Source of the DNA: Paragordius varius
Taxonomy: Eukaryota; Animalia; Nematomorpha
Assembly: GCA_964247055.1 (NCBI GenBank)
Contig: OZ176054.1
Span: forward strand, 4,588,001-4,652,000
DNA: 64,000 bases
Direction: 5' to 3'
The notes beneath the pieces are model-generated. The model saw nothing but the letters and a program-made list of their open reading frames with translations, did not search any database and had not been told where the DNA came from. A program made the position numbers and the translations under genes. Below, piece after piece: positions 30,735 to 43,292 of the stretch. How positions within the stretch are numbered: position 1 is the stretch's first letter; each line of letters opens with the position of its first letter.

Positions 30735-33588
30735 TAAAGTGACCAGATTTTTTGAAGAAAAAAGCGGGACAAATCTGAGAAAGGGGGGCATGGGGGTCTA
30801 ACAAAAATTATACAAAAATTTATTGTAGTATTTATTTTTTAACACAAATACATTATAAATAAATATAAATACTAGCGTAAATCTCGTGCTGCTACGCAGC
30901 CCGAGGAAGTCCTTCGGACTTCTGGGGGGGGTGAAAAAATGGCATTTTACGGGGGGAGCCGGTAAAAAGAGGGACTAAATTAAAAAAGCGAGACGACTAT
31001 GTTCGGCGCAATCGAAAATAAGTAAACAAAAATTTTTATTTGAAATTGAATAATCCAACACGTTCACCGCAAAATTGTCTTAAAGACACGATTTTTGTAA
31101 ACTTCTGTTTTCAAAAAAAAACCGTCACACGGGGTGGGCCCTAACTCAGGGCCTATTTCAAGAAAGGGTGAAGCTATCGTGACATTTATTAATGATTATA
31201 TTTATATTTGGATTTGATTGGATCTACCGGTTTTCCGGTACCAGATCACAAAGCCAGCATTTTCCATTTTTATAAATATATAGATTTTATTTTTTGGTAT
31301 ATTTTTTTATTTGAGGGAATGCGTTTTAGCAGATTGTCATCCTTTTTTTAAAATACAAGTCTTCACAAGTATTTGTCAAATTTGACAGATAAAATGGCCT
31401 CTAAAGTTTCGACATGTGAATTTGATTTTTCCGATGTCCACACCTGATTTAGTGTGGAAAAAACGCGCTCAGTAGCAGCGTTGGTTTTAGGTAAAGATAG
31501 TGCCAATTCCACAATTTTTAAAATATTGTATGGAACATAGTTTGTTTAAAAATGATGAAATATTTCTAACAATTTCTTTTCTACTGTATTTTTTATAGTC
31601 CATAATTTAAGTTTATCATTATTAATATATTTTTTAACTCTTCAAAAAAGGATCATTTTCTGAAAGATTATTTTTTGGGAATTTTTGGGAGATGCAGATG
31701 TAATCAAATGATTTTTGAACATCGCACCAATTAAATTCTGGTTTTAATGTTATCCAATCATTGGATTGCACCGTCCAGTCTTCTAAATTAATCTTTACAG
31801 TTTGTATAAAACATTTTTATATGGTACAGGATATCTTGGCGATTTATTAAGCTTTGTTTTTATAAATTAATTATAATATTGCGGATGGTTAATGGTATAA
31901 AATTATTTTCTAACCGTTCTTGACATTGAAATTTTAGGTACTAACTTCATTGGCTACTTCGATTGCCGAAATTTTGTCACCTTTTATAAATTTAATAACA
32001 TTTTGAAAGAGAGAAGCTTGATTATGTAGGAATAACTATATTTTTGAAGAATCACTTTCAAATAACTTTTCGAAAGTTGTAGGACATTTGTCCCGTGATA
32101 AAAAATAGGATTTTAAAGGATCATACATTTTTTAAATTCTTTCAATAGCTGGCAGAAGAGCTAACCAACGAGTTTTACAATATCCAAGCATTTTTGATAA
32201 TAAACTTCTGCATTTTCACAGAATTCCCTTAAGCGTTTCAACGCGTACCGTGTATATATAAAAATAGGAATGTATTTTAACAACTACATTTTCCATATCT
32301 AGGGATATCAAATCAGCAGCTGTTTGAATAGCGTTGTGTAATATATGTGCACACCCAGCGCCAATAATTTTTTGATTAAGATTAGCTAAATTACGAAAAA
32401 TATTTTTTGTTACCCTCCTTGCTTTTCCACCGAAATTCGTATTGGTGTTGTCAGCGCAATATGCGATGATTTTGTTTTTTAAATTATTTTTTTCTAGAAT
32501 ATTATATTGAAGTAAAAATTATGTCGGAATTTTCACCGAGAGAAATAGAACTAAAATTTGAATTTTTACTCCGGTTTCTGGATAAAAATATCTTATTAAA
32601 GTGGGAAATAATTTTGTTTCCATGTGATTTGATGCAGCAGAGTATAGCGATATGAAATTAATTTTCAACAAATCTTTTTGTATTTCAGAAAATGCATGTG
32701 GCGAAAGGTCATTGCATACAATGACTTCAGCCTTTGTGCGGGCACATGTAAATTTTTTATTGAATAAGGTACGAATAATCTGTGAGGTACAATCCATAGA
32801 TCTAAAGGAATGATTGTGATTAACCGCGTGAAAAGATAAAACGCCCTCGGCTAGTGCCAAATTCTTTTCTTTCTATCTAAAAGCGTTTTTTCGATAAAAA
32901 TCGCTCATTTTGTAAGATGATGCCGCCACATCTAAACAATTTTTCTGTTTCTATGTTTTCATATGCTTTGTAATATCATGCTTGCCGCCATTTGCTAGGG
33001 TGAATTCCCCCTCGCATAAAGAACATTTAATAAATGATTCATTCTTCGTTTTTTTGATAAAAGGAAATTCTTTGATTAATTCATTGTTGAATTAATAACC
33101 CCTTTTTGTACTCATATTTTTTTTACTAATATTAGTTTAAAAAAATACTACCTTAATTTTATGGAGTAAACGTATAAGCTACCGATTTTTGGTATTAATT
33201 TGTCTTTTTGATAAGATTGGCAGGTAATATAACTAAAATATTAGTATGAAAATATATTTTATTTTCTTAATTTTCTGAAGTTATATAAGCTACCGATTTG
33301 TGGTATTAATTAGTCTTTTTGATAATTTTGGTAGTAAGAGTAGGAAGCAAAGTGTATAATCACATGATATAAATAAAATAATAAAAAATTGTAATTTAAA
33401 ATTGATATAGATTTTAAAGATAACTAATGATAAAAAATTTAAACGAATAAAAAAATTAAATGTATTTAAAAAAAATTATTTTTATATAATCTTGAAAAAG
33501 CGGGACATTTCAAAAACGTAGCGGGACGCGGGACAAAGTGTAAAAAAGCGGGACTGTCCCGCCAAAAGCGGGACGTCTGGTCACCTTA
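30735..33588 (-). mobile_element. hAT transposon of the Blackjack type (TAxxGTGACCAGA termini) with a disrupted transposase starting near 33115
   Basis: TIRs taaagtgaccaga and tctggtcacctta. Perfect 8-bp TSD CCTATTAC (30727-30734 and 33589-33596). Subterminal GCGGGAC repeats at both ends. Transposase remnants include a BED-like KCSLCEGEF...HDITKH and HNHSFRSMDC, FTCARTK (ORF 32519-32860). Confidence 0.9.
30872..31284 (-). mobile_element. Non-autonomous Helitron, 413 bp, nested in the Blackjack hAT
   Basis: On the minus strand it begins A|TCTATATATTTATAAAAATG and ends with the hairpin CTCGGGCTGCGTAGCAGCACGAG about 8 nt before CTAG|T. It sits at an A|T site with no TSD. Confidence 0.8.
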
Positions 33589-34781
33589 CCTATTACATAA
33601 AAAGGCTTATTTTTTTACAGCTTTGTGACTGCTAGAGTCTTAAATTAGAGTAAACAGGAGTCAATTTACTGTTTAAATGCCTGAAAGCTTTTAATAGTGT
33701 TGTATTGATTTTGAAAATTTTTCCAAAAAACTGTGGCGAAAAGGTTTATGCTCATTTTTTAACAATTTTACATTTTTCTAAAAAATATCAAATCATGCAC
33801 CTAAAAGGCTAAAGAAAGCATATTCCTATATAAATTTTAGTATATTCGAATTAAAAATTTTGCGGTACACGCCTACGCAAAAGGTAATGAAGTGTTTACT
33901 TAATACTTTATTATATTTTGATGATATCGGGCTAAACTGAGATGAATGCATCCTTATATTTTAACAATGTCATAAGAGAAACAGCAATCGAATTTCATCT
34001 CTTTAAATATTTTTATCATAATAAATTTATTGTGTTTTGACAGCGAACATAGAGTTTAGCCGTACGTAGGGCTAAAAAGGCTCTCGATTAAAATTTTACA
34101 CATATAGGAAATGCCTGAAACCGCTAATAATTTTATATAAAACTTGGGCAAAAAGCTTCTAAGTCAGGTTATTTCTAAATGTGGTGTTTTTAATAATAAA
34201 CTAATCTCTACTCAGCGGCTAATGGCAAAATTTTTACCTCTAATCCTAAACCATGAAAGTTCCATGGCTAGCTTCTCCGAAAAGTACCCTCAAAGCTAGG
34301 TAATTTTATATGGTGGCGTATTTATGATTAGATGGGGTCCTATCCAAGGCTAATAAATAAACGCTCAATTTAATTTTTGCCCTAATACATGGACCTCCAT
34401 AACCATTATTTTAATAAAGTATCATAACATGGGCATAAAATTGTTTCAAAGCTACGTTATTATTTGGTCGTGGCAAATTTTTCGGGGAAGTAGAGCAATA
34501 ACCAGTAAGTTAAAAAGGCGCTTAACTGAAAATTTTACCTTTATGGGAAATAAAAAACCCTTATCTTTAAAATTTATCCAAAATTTACTCATAAAATGTA
34601 TGATAGAAATACTAATATCAATTTAATAAATTAAAAATTCAATATGATTTTTTGTTTATAAATAATTGACCATATTTAATTTAAATAAGCTATGGAGAAA
34701 ACGAATTAGAAACAATGTAAAATGGGCAGACGTACACATTAATTTATCTTTTATTAATTACTTATAAAAGCTAAACCTAAC

Positions 34782-35255
34782 CACTCCATGTTTTATATAC
34801 CAGAGCAATCTAAAATTTGAATATCTTAAAAAGTATTTAAGGTATTAAGCTCAATTTAAATATGCTTTCCTTAGCCTTATAGGCGCATTATACAAAAAAA
34901 TTTTATTTAAAAAAAATGTAAAATTTTAAAAAATCCTCATCCCAAACTTTTTTGTCGCCTTTTTTCAATAATTTTTATTAAACGGTAATGCAACAGGTAA
35001 ATAAATGTATATCATGGTTATAAAATGTGAATAATTTATTTTAAAAAGCCTAGCTACATTTTACCAACAATTTGATTTTAACAGCTGTTCGTTTCAATCA
35101 TGTTTTGTAGCTGTCTCAATTTTAGACTCTACTAATTACAAAAGTTTTTTTATCTAATACAGAAGAACGATGTTGGATAATTAAATTTTAACTAAAATAA
35201 CTTTCAAAACAGTAGTTTATTTAAAAGATTTAGCTCTGAAATACAAAACTACCCC
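34782..35255. mobile_element. Fourth, more degenerate copy of the TTAA-type MITE family
   Basis: cactccat..gttttatataccagagc...atatgctttccttagccttataggcgcattat...gctctgaaatacaaaactacccc aligns with 18854-19334. Confidence 0.75.
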
Positions 35256-35478
35256 AATATGTCATCGCGGACAAAAAAGGAAAAAGGTCATGAATTTAAA
35301 TATATAGGGTATACATACTAGAACACACAATTATATGCAAAAAGTCAAATCTAAAAATGAAATTAATAATCAAGATAAGGCTCACAACTCCAAAATAAAC
35401 TTTAAAGCTATATTTTTTGTAAATAATATAAACAAATATTTATTACACATATATTAGCTAATATTTTACAATTATACA

Positions 35479-37868
35479 TCAATTATAATGCCGCTTAAAT
35501 AACAAATTATGCATTCTCAACTCAATCAATTCATTTAAATAAGAAATGTCTCGTGGTGGCATTTCCTTGTGTTTCAATTTTGCTTTTCTAAATCGCCGGT
35601 AAAAATCTTTAATCTAAACAAATAAAATAGATATAATCAAAAGTAAATAGTAACCCTTAAGACGCAAATTAATATTGTAAATAAAATTAGCTTCTATAAA
35701 AAAATTTACGAAGTAGCATAAAAAATTGAAAGGTTTCTATTCTACAATAAGCAATCGGAATATTAGAGTGGTATGTATGAATTACCTCATTATCGGTAAA
35801 CGATATTTTTTCAAGATGATCCCTGAGTTGTGCATCTATTTTAATTTTTCCATCAATGTTTGTGTTAAAAATATTGTTAAGGTATTTATCTGATTGGCTC
35901 TCTGAATTTCGATGATTGTTGGGTGACTTTATTGTAGTCTTTTTGTCATGGTTTAAAAGGTTTTTGGAAGTTGTTGAAAAGTTTTGATTAAATACTGTTA
36001 GATAATTCTTTTGTGTAGAGAAATGATTTGCTATAATAAAAAATAAGACACCATATATGTATAAATATAATTTGATGAAATTGATATTCCGTAAACAGCA
36101 GATAATTTTACGGACTTAGTGCAATAACCTGTTCAAAGTTAAAAATTAGCGTTAAATAGTACCGAAATCGGTTTCGTCAAAACGCAATCCTTTACACATG
36201 TCTTTTGGGAATGTAATGCTTGCATAAGGATGGAATGAGCACCTAACGTAATAATTAGCACGGTATAATTTAATAGCCAATGATTAACGAATTGAGATTT
36301 AAACAAAAAATTAAATGTTTTTCATTTAATCGAAGGTTATATAATGCATAAATTGCGTTTTTATACAAAAATTATTATGTAAACTTTTTACCAAAAATAT
36401 ATAAAAATATTGAATAAATTTTAAATTACTACCTTTGACGAAAATTTTTAACATCTTTATTAGGTGACTTTCGGCTGGTAGTTTTGGAACTAAAAAATAT
36501 CTTGTTCAAATCTTCATCAATATCTGGTATAGATTTGCAATTTTTGGCAGGGGCTGCGATAAATAAATCATGTATAGTTTGGATATCGAAGGAAAAAAAT
36601 ATATAACTAATTCAAAAATAATAAATCTATAATGATTTAAATTCATTAAAGTCCTTTAATCGATTTGGCTAAAGTAGTATCTTTCAATTTGAATATAAAT
36701 AAATATAATTTTAACTTACAGTCCATATTAAATATCTCTAATGTGGTTTTCTCCTCCAACAATTGCAAAAAGTTTTTGGTGATTGTGGCATAAGGAGAAT
36801 CAGACTCGCCAAAATCCTCACTATGTTCCATAAATTAAAAAATATATACAAAATTGGAAGATTTTAAACTATATATTTTAATATACATCAATTTCCACAT
36901 TAAAATCAAACTAGGCCACATTTCCGATACCTTTTACAGTAACCCCTGCTCAAAATTTAATCATAGCCGTTCTAAACAAAAAATCGGCTAACCTAATAAA
37001 ATAAATTAATCCCCAGGGTCAAATATCGGTTTTTAAAACAAAAATCCGAAGAAAGACATTTTGACGTGACTGAAATGAAAATGCTCAGAGACAGAATTGA
37101 GAATAGATTTATTCGTGGGAGCACAGATATTAAACCAATAGTGGAAAGAATGTCAAAAAATAGGCTACGTTGGTTCGGTCACATTGAAAGGAGAGATTCT
37201 AATTATATTGCAAAAATAATAAATAGTTATATAGTTGAGGGAAAACGAGGACGTGGGCGGCCTAAAACGAAATGGATATATACAGTAAAAAGAGAGATAG
37301 CAGAATACGAGCTTAATGCAGAGGACGCCATAGATAGAGTTTTATGGCGAGACAGGTTGTATAACATGACCGCTCTCACGAGTGAAAACATGTAATGTAA
37401 TAATAAAACAATTGCCAGAATGGTTCTTTTAGTACATAAAAATATTGAGATATTGAAAATTTAAAATCTTGAAAAGATGTAATCGTATTTTTAAAAATTA
37501 ATATTTTTTTATATTGGTTACCATTGTAATGCAAGCATACATGTATATTTTAAAAAAGAAAATAGCACCCTAAAAATATTTAAAAATGGGGATGTTAAAA
37601 TTATTACCGAAAATCCAAATAATTTATTTGGAAAACTAATTATTGGGTACCGTTTTTGGTCAAACAGGTTTTTTTAAAAATAATAAAATCGGAACCTAAA
37701 TTTGATAATAATAAATTGATTTAAAAGACAAATTAAAAACAGTTATGGTTTTCATCCATGACAAATATACAATTAGACAAATATAAGTTAATGTTTTTGA
37801 CAAATACTTTAACCCAATATTAAGAGTTTTATAGCGATGGAAGGCTTTAAGTGGAAAATTTAATCAAT

Positions 37869-37906
<38 letters not shown>

Positions 37907-38910
37907 TACAATGTTTAAAAACTAGAATTTAGGATAAATTTAGTATAAAGGGTTTAAAACTGAAAATATTTTAAGGCTTTTGTCCATTCAATATATTATA
38001 AAATCGTTATTATCATTTTGCAAAAAAATTAAAATCAATATAGTTAATAATTCTAAAAACCATTTACAATAACCTACTATCTGTATTTTTAATACTTCCT
38101 AACATTCAGGGTATTAAACAAACCCATATTGATTACAAAATTATATAGCTATTGTGATTATGGAGGAAATAAAAACATGCATCACATTTCAAGAGTATCA
38201 TTTGAAAATTAAATTGATTCCGGATTTAAAAATTGTTAAATAAACATCTTTCAGAACAATGATTCGACAAACAGCAACAAATGCAGTTTGTATAAGTTTT
38301 AAAAATGAATTAATATGCCTATAATTATCAATTGTAATAAAATAAAATATTTTAAAATAAAAAAAAATCATCGCATATATATCATTTACTTGTCAATATC
38401 CATCAAGGATTCACTTGATTGCAAAGATTTATTTAAAAAATAATTATAATCGTTAAAATCTAATAATAAATTTTTATCAATACCTAGCTCAATATTAAAA
38501 TTTATTGGCAAATATAATTTTCGAATTTGTTCAATATGGTGATCTTCAATTTTTACAAAAAATGTTTCGACAAAGTCCCAAAATTTATTGGCGTCATCTA
38601 TAATTCCATGTTGTAAATCATCGGGTAAGTTATTTTTGTGCCTTGATTGCTGATATCTCTGACAAACTTTATCATTCTAAAATTGAACAACAAATACCTT
38701 TGAATGATTGAGAACACGTTTGTTAACAATCTAAAAAATTAGATATAATACTGTTCGATAGTCTTTTATGAAATATTTTTTAATATATATTATCTGTGAT
38801 AGTAGGACTTCCAATTGATTATATAATGTTGGTATATCCTTAAACAAAGTTAGAAATTCTATAATTTAAAAATTTTTTTAACTATTTTTCGAATCGCATT
38901 GTAAACTCAT
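35479..38910 (-). CDS. TADA3: Transcriptional adaptor 3 (Ada3/TADA3; SAGA/ATAC HAT module), divergent. Exons approx 38910-38883, 38858-38752, 38730-38698, 38676-38390 (possibly split by 38483-38460), 36820-36720, 36553-36433, 36242-36163, 36030-35786, 35613-35479.
   Basis: Four blocks match human TADA3 in order: DIPTLYNQLEVLLSQ (ELDTLQLELETLLSS), DDANKFWDFVETFF (DAPNRFWASVEPYC), SPYATITKNFLQLLEE (CPFGALTQRLLQALVEE), and DNE|IKDFYRRFRKAK (DNE|VMDAFRKIMAAR). Splice phases are consistent. Not visible in the ORF track. Confidence 0.8.
37042..37403 (+). mobile_element. 5'-truncated RTE-clade LINE, antisense in a TADA3 intron
   Basis: ORF 37066-37395 has RLRWFGHIERR and VEGKRGRGRPKTKW, typical of the RTE C-terminus. 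Short tgtaa/taa tail and 8-bp TSD TAAAACAA (37034-37041 and 37404-37411). Confidence 0.85.
37872..37901. repeat. (TA)n microsatellite
   Basis: About 15 TA units read directly. Confidence 0.95.
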
Positions 38911-39399
38911 ATTATATACCTTAATTAGTAAGGTATCACCTGTATTATCTGCTCATCTTTTTTAAATTTACCGTTATTAAAGACAAAATAAACCGCAATT
39001 TTGATTTGGTATGCATAAATAAAAATAAGGCTTATAATGAAATAAATTTTATACGCAAAATTAAGATTGCTAGGATATATATCCTGTCAAAATTAGGGAG
39101 TGCTTTTATAGAAATATTTTTTTTGGAAAAATTTGGCTTTACTTTCATGCTGTTCGTGGGCCGCCAGTATCACTGACATATAGTGTGGCTCATTTTTTTA
39201 TGTGTAATTAATTATGGACGATATAGTTTATGGTTTGGTTAATTTGAGAATTGTAATATAATTTAAAGTATATATTTTGAATTTTGAGAAATGATAATAG
39301 AAGAAGGCATAATTTGGATAAATTATTGTATTTTCTCTTTTCCTAGACTACGAGGTTTTATTACAGAAGTGTACACCACTAATGGCTTCTCCGCATTTA

Positions 39400-42300
39400 C
39401 AGTCATGTAGACTTTATATTGTTAAATATTTACTTTTTTTCGTTAATTGGGTATTAATATTTGGTAAAGAATATAAAAACAAGAGCAATATGGTATTACC
39501 ATATCATATTCTTTAAAAAAGTAAAAAATAAAGGGGAAGGGCGTCGGAAATCTTTAGTAAAAAAATGAAAATACAACTATTAACCCTTCACTTAAATTTG
39601 ATGGATATTTTGTAAAGTTAAATTTTGAGAATATTATAGCAATTTATGTTAACATTTGAAATATTGTTGTTACGTATTTAGAAGCGGAATTTTGTGGGTT
39701 TTTATCTTTAATAATTTAATAAATAGTCAAATGGGTATTTTATTATTTTTGATTCATAATTAAATTCAATAATTACTATTTTTCAACATGATAAACCTGT
39801 ATTAATCGATATTGGTAATATTTTATATAGTTGTTATTAGTAATTAAAATACAGGTTATATATTTGTTAAAATTTAAGTAGATTTTGGATTGTTTTTGTT
39901 TTTATGTTATTCATTGTCAATTTTTATGTATTGACATTTTAATCAGGTAAAAATTGCGGTTTTTTAATTTAGTCAAATTTAATTTTTTTTGTTTTTTATT
40001 TAACATTGTTAATTGTAATTAATTGAATAAATTAGCAAGGTTGAACAAAAGATTAAAAATTTATTAATTTTATTAAAAACCGCAATTTTCACTGTTTTGT
40101 AAATGTCGAAAATATTTGATAATTAATAACAATTAACAATGATACAAAAAAAAATTAAATTTGAAATTTGTTAAAAACCGCCATTTTTACCTGTATTTTT
40201 TAAAATTTCCAAATATGTAGTAATTAATTACAATTAACAATGTTATATAAAAAACAAAAAAAATTAAATTTGACTTAATTTAAAAACCGCGATTTTTATC
40301 TGATTAAAATGTCAAAAATTGGCAATGAATAACATAAAAACAAAAACAATCCAAAATCTACTTAAATTTTAACAAATATATAACCTGTATTTTAATTACT
40401 AATAACAACTATATAAAATAATACCAATATCGATTAATACAGGTTTATCATGTTGAAAAATAGTAATTATTGAATTTAATTATGAATCATAAATAATAAA
40501 ATGCCCATTTTACTATTTATTAAATTATTAAAGATAAAAACCCACAAAATTCCGCATCTAAATACGTAACAACAATATTTCAAATGTTAACATAAATTGC
40601 TATAATATTCTCAAAATTTAACATTACAAAATATCCATCAAATTTAAGTGAAGGGTTAGTAGTTAGTGTATTTTCATTTTTTTACTAAAGATTTCCGACG
40701 CCCTTCCCCTTCATTTTTTACTTTTTTAAAGAATATGATATGGTAATACCATATTGCTCTTGTTTTTATATTCTTTACCAAATATTAATACCCAATTAAC
40801 GAAAAAAAGTAAATCTTTAACAATATAAAGCAGTGGTACTCACCAAAAAAATTTGACGGGCCAAATAAAACATATTTTTTTTTCGAGGGCCATGAACCTT
40901 ATAATGGCAAATATTCCATAGCTATTTGACACATACGCACATATTTATACTCTAAATCAGCACAATAAATTTTTTGCGGGTCGCATGTAAATCCAGCTAA
41001 AAATTCGTTTTGCACCATTTAGTTTTAAAAATTAAAATATATTGATAACAACATTTATTTTAATATTAACCAATAATTTTTGACAAATTTGGTTTCGCCT
41101 CATGGCAGGCCATTCTTAATACGTCCATATGATCATTAGTTAAGCGATTTCTGTAAGTATTCTTAATATACTTCATTTTTGAATATGCCGTCTCACACGT
41201 GTAAGTTGATGGAAAAATAGTTAAGATAAGTTGAGCACATTTTTTTATATTTTCATATTTATTTGGCACAACTTGCCAAAACTCTACATATCTTTCTTCT
41301 CTACGGTTTTCCTTAAATATAGCTTCCAAATTAAAATCATTTTTAAAATCAACGAATTCTTCAATGATAACCGCCTGATCAAAACCGAAAAGCTCAAGTT
41401 GCTTAATGTTGGATATATCCATATGCCATGGATTTTCCACTAGCTTTAAGCAATTTTTTATATTTTTTAATTCTTGAAATCTGAATTTCATCTCATTAGA
41501 TAAAAATGTTAAATGATTGCTATTATTAAATTCATATCCGCGGTAAATTCCATATTTTCTTTATGAATCGTTTTAAGTGTTGGAAAATGTAGGAGTGTTT
41601 AATCTATAAAATCTTGTTTATATTATTAATTTTTCTATAAAAGCAAATATATGATTAGCAAATTGGGTTATTATTTTGCTCCCTTGAAGACTTGTATTAA
41701 AAGTACTAAGTTTATAAGTAATGTCGCAAAGGTAGGCTAATAAAACCCACCATTTGTCACTAATTTCCTCGTCAAACTTTCTGTTATCTTTTATAAATAA
41801 TAGAATTTCATGTCTTAAATCAAAAAATCTATTCAATACTTTGCTAAGGCTTAGCCATCTCACAGCGATGTCCAAAAGAATATCATCAAACTCACTGTGG
41901 ATATCTTTCAGAAGGTTTTTGAATTTACGGTGATTGAATTCTCTGCCACGGATGTAGTTAACTATATCCACAACCGTTTTAATTACTAAATTTAGTGATT
42001 CATCTTTTACACGCGAAACCAAGTTTTGCTGATTAAAGCAATGAAAGGATAATAGATTTTGCAAATTATATTTGTTTTTTTAAAAGAGAAATAAACCCTT
42101 TGTTTATTCCAATCATAGAGGGACAGCCATCTGTGCAGATCGAAACCAATTTTTTCATAGATATACCATTATTATCGAAAAAGGTGCTAATTACTTCAAG
42201 AAAATCACTGCCTTTTGTGGTATTATTCATTGGTAAAAATTTCAAATATTCCTCGTTGATTATGTTGTCGTTGCAAAATCTCACGAAGAGCGCACATTGA

Positions 42301-43292
42301 GGTGTTGAACTTATATCAGTGCTAGAATCGATTGCAATACTGAAGTATTTACAATTTTTCAGAGCCAATAATGTATTGTTAAAAATATAATTAGACATAT
42401 CTTCAATGTGTCGAGCACATGTTGAATCAGAAAGTTGAAGTTTTTTAATTTGCCTAATGATTTGATCTTTATTACGGAATTTATCAAATAAAAAAGTGCA
42501 ACCATTTATTAAACATTCTTTTATTAGTTGGGAATCAGTAAACGGTTTCATATTTTTTCCTAAAATATAGCAAATTTCATACGAAGCTAATGTTACAGCT
42601 TTTTCCTGGGAAAAAGCTATGGCCATAATAGATTTTTCTTTCTCGTATAATTCCTTAAAATTTTTATATTTTTCATTTCTTTCCTCAAGATTTTCTGGTA
42701 ATTTATGAGAATGATGGATTTTAAAATGTCTTTCAATATTGTATTTTTTTATAATTATATTGTCCTTGCATATAAGGCAGGTAGCAACATTGTTATTTAA
42801 AACGACAAAAAAATTAGTTTCCCATTCTTTTTTAAAGGAGCGATTTTCATCGGATAATTTACGTTTTTTGGCATTAGATGTCATCCTTTGAATTTATGTT
42901 TAAATATTATGTAAAAAAATAGGAATATAAATTGAATTATGCTATAAAAAACAGGTCGAAATTTAATGATATTGAGTTGAAAATATTTTATGAGAATGAG
43001 TTTTAAAAATGATGCAGGATAGCAATGAAATGTATGTGCAATGGGTGAAAACAAAAAAGAAATGCAATAAAAATTTCAAAAAGAAAAGAAGAAGAAACAA
43101 CGTGTGCCCATAAATAAATTTTAAAATCATTTTAATGTAGGAAATTTTTCTACATTTCAAATTGGGTAAAAAATAAATATTATTTAAAAAAAATTAAATA
43201 TCAGTCATAGTGCATTTTTAAAGCACACTTAGGGCCGCATGCGGCCCGCGGGCCGCGGTTTGAGTATCACTGATATAAAGTCTACATGACTG
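39400..43292. mobile_element. Foldback element of about 1.45 kb (TA TSD, CAGT termini, Tc1/mariner-like ends) with inverted arms of about 620 bp; right arm interrupted by a hAT
   Basis: 39400-40023 is the near-identical reverse complement of 40221-40830 plus 43281-43292. Ends TA|CAGTCATGTAGAC...TCTACATGACTG|TA. The centre has about 105-bp tandem units (...aaaaaccgc.atttt...). Confidence 0.9.
40831..43272 (-). mobile_element. Full-length (2442 bp) Buster/GTF2IRD2-like hAT with a frameshifted transposase (42884 to about 41066)
   Basis: 12-bp TIR CAGTGRTACTCA and perfect 8-bp TSD ATATAAAG (40823-40830 and 43273-43280). Three ORF pieces carry a BED-like CLIC..RHF..H, FSIAIDSSTD, ICTDGCPSMIG, FHCFNQQ, AVRWLS and IFPSTYTCETAYS. 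A 16-bp palindrome GGGCCGCATGCGGCCC lies near the 5' end. Confidence 0.95.

Larger units (their letters stand above)
30615..33894. mobile_element. TTAA-flanked MITE copy interrupted by a Blackjack-type hAT
   Basis: Left end ttaa|cacttaattacc and right end ggtaatgaagtg|ttta. MITE sequence resumes after 33596 (tttgtgactgctagag; cctaaaaggctaaagaaagcatat). Confidence 0.7.

Noticed and set aside
35479-35830. IQ-motif or neuronal-calcium-sensor reading of FTDNEIKDFYRRFRK
   Set aside because: Better explained as the TADA3 C-terminus, given three other TADA3 blocks upstream.
40020-40330. CRISPR-like array
   Set aside because: These are degenerate tandem units of about 105 bp inside a foldback TE, with no repeat-spacer structure and no cas genes, in a eukaryotic context.
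42040-42110. Programmed ribosomal frameshift at T TTA AAA in the hAT transposase
   Set aside because: The downstream ORF is in the +1 frame, not -1. The sister copy is in frame here, and further frameshifts follow, so this is ordinary decay in an A-run.
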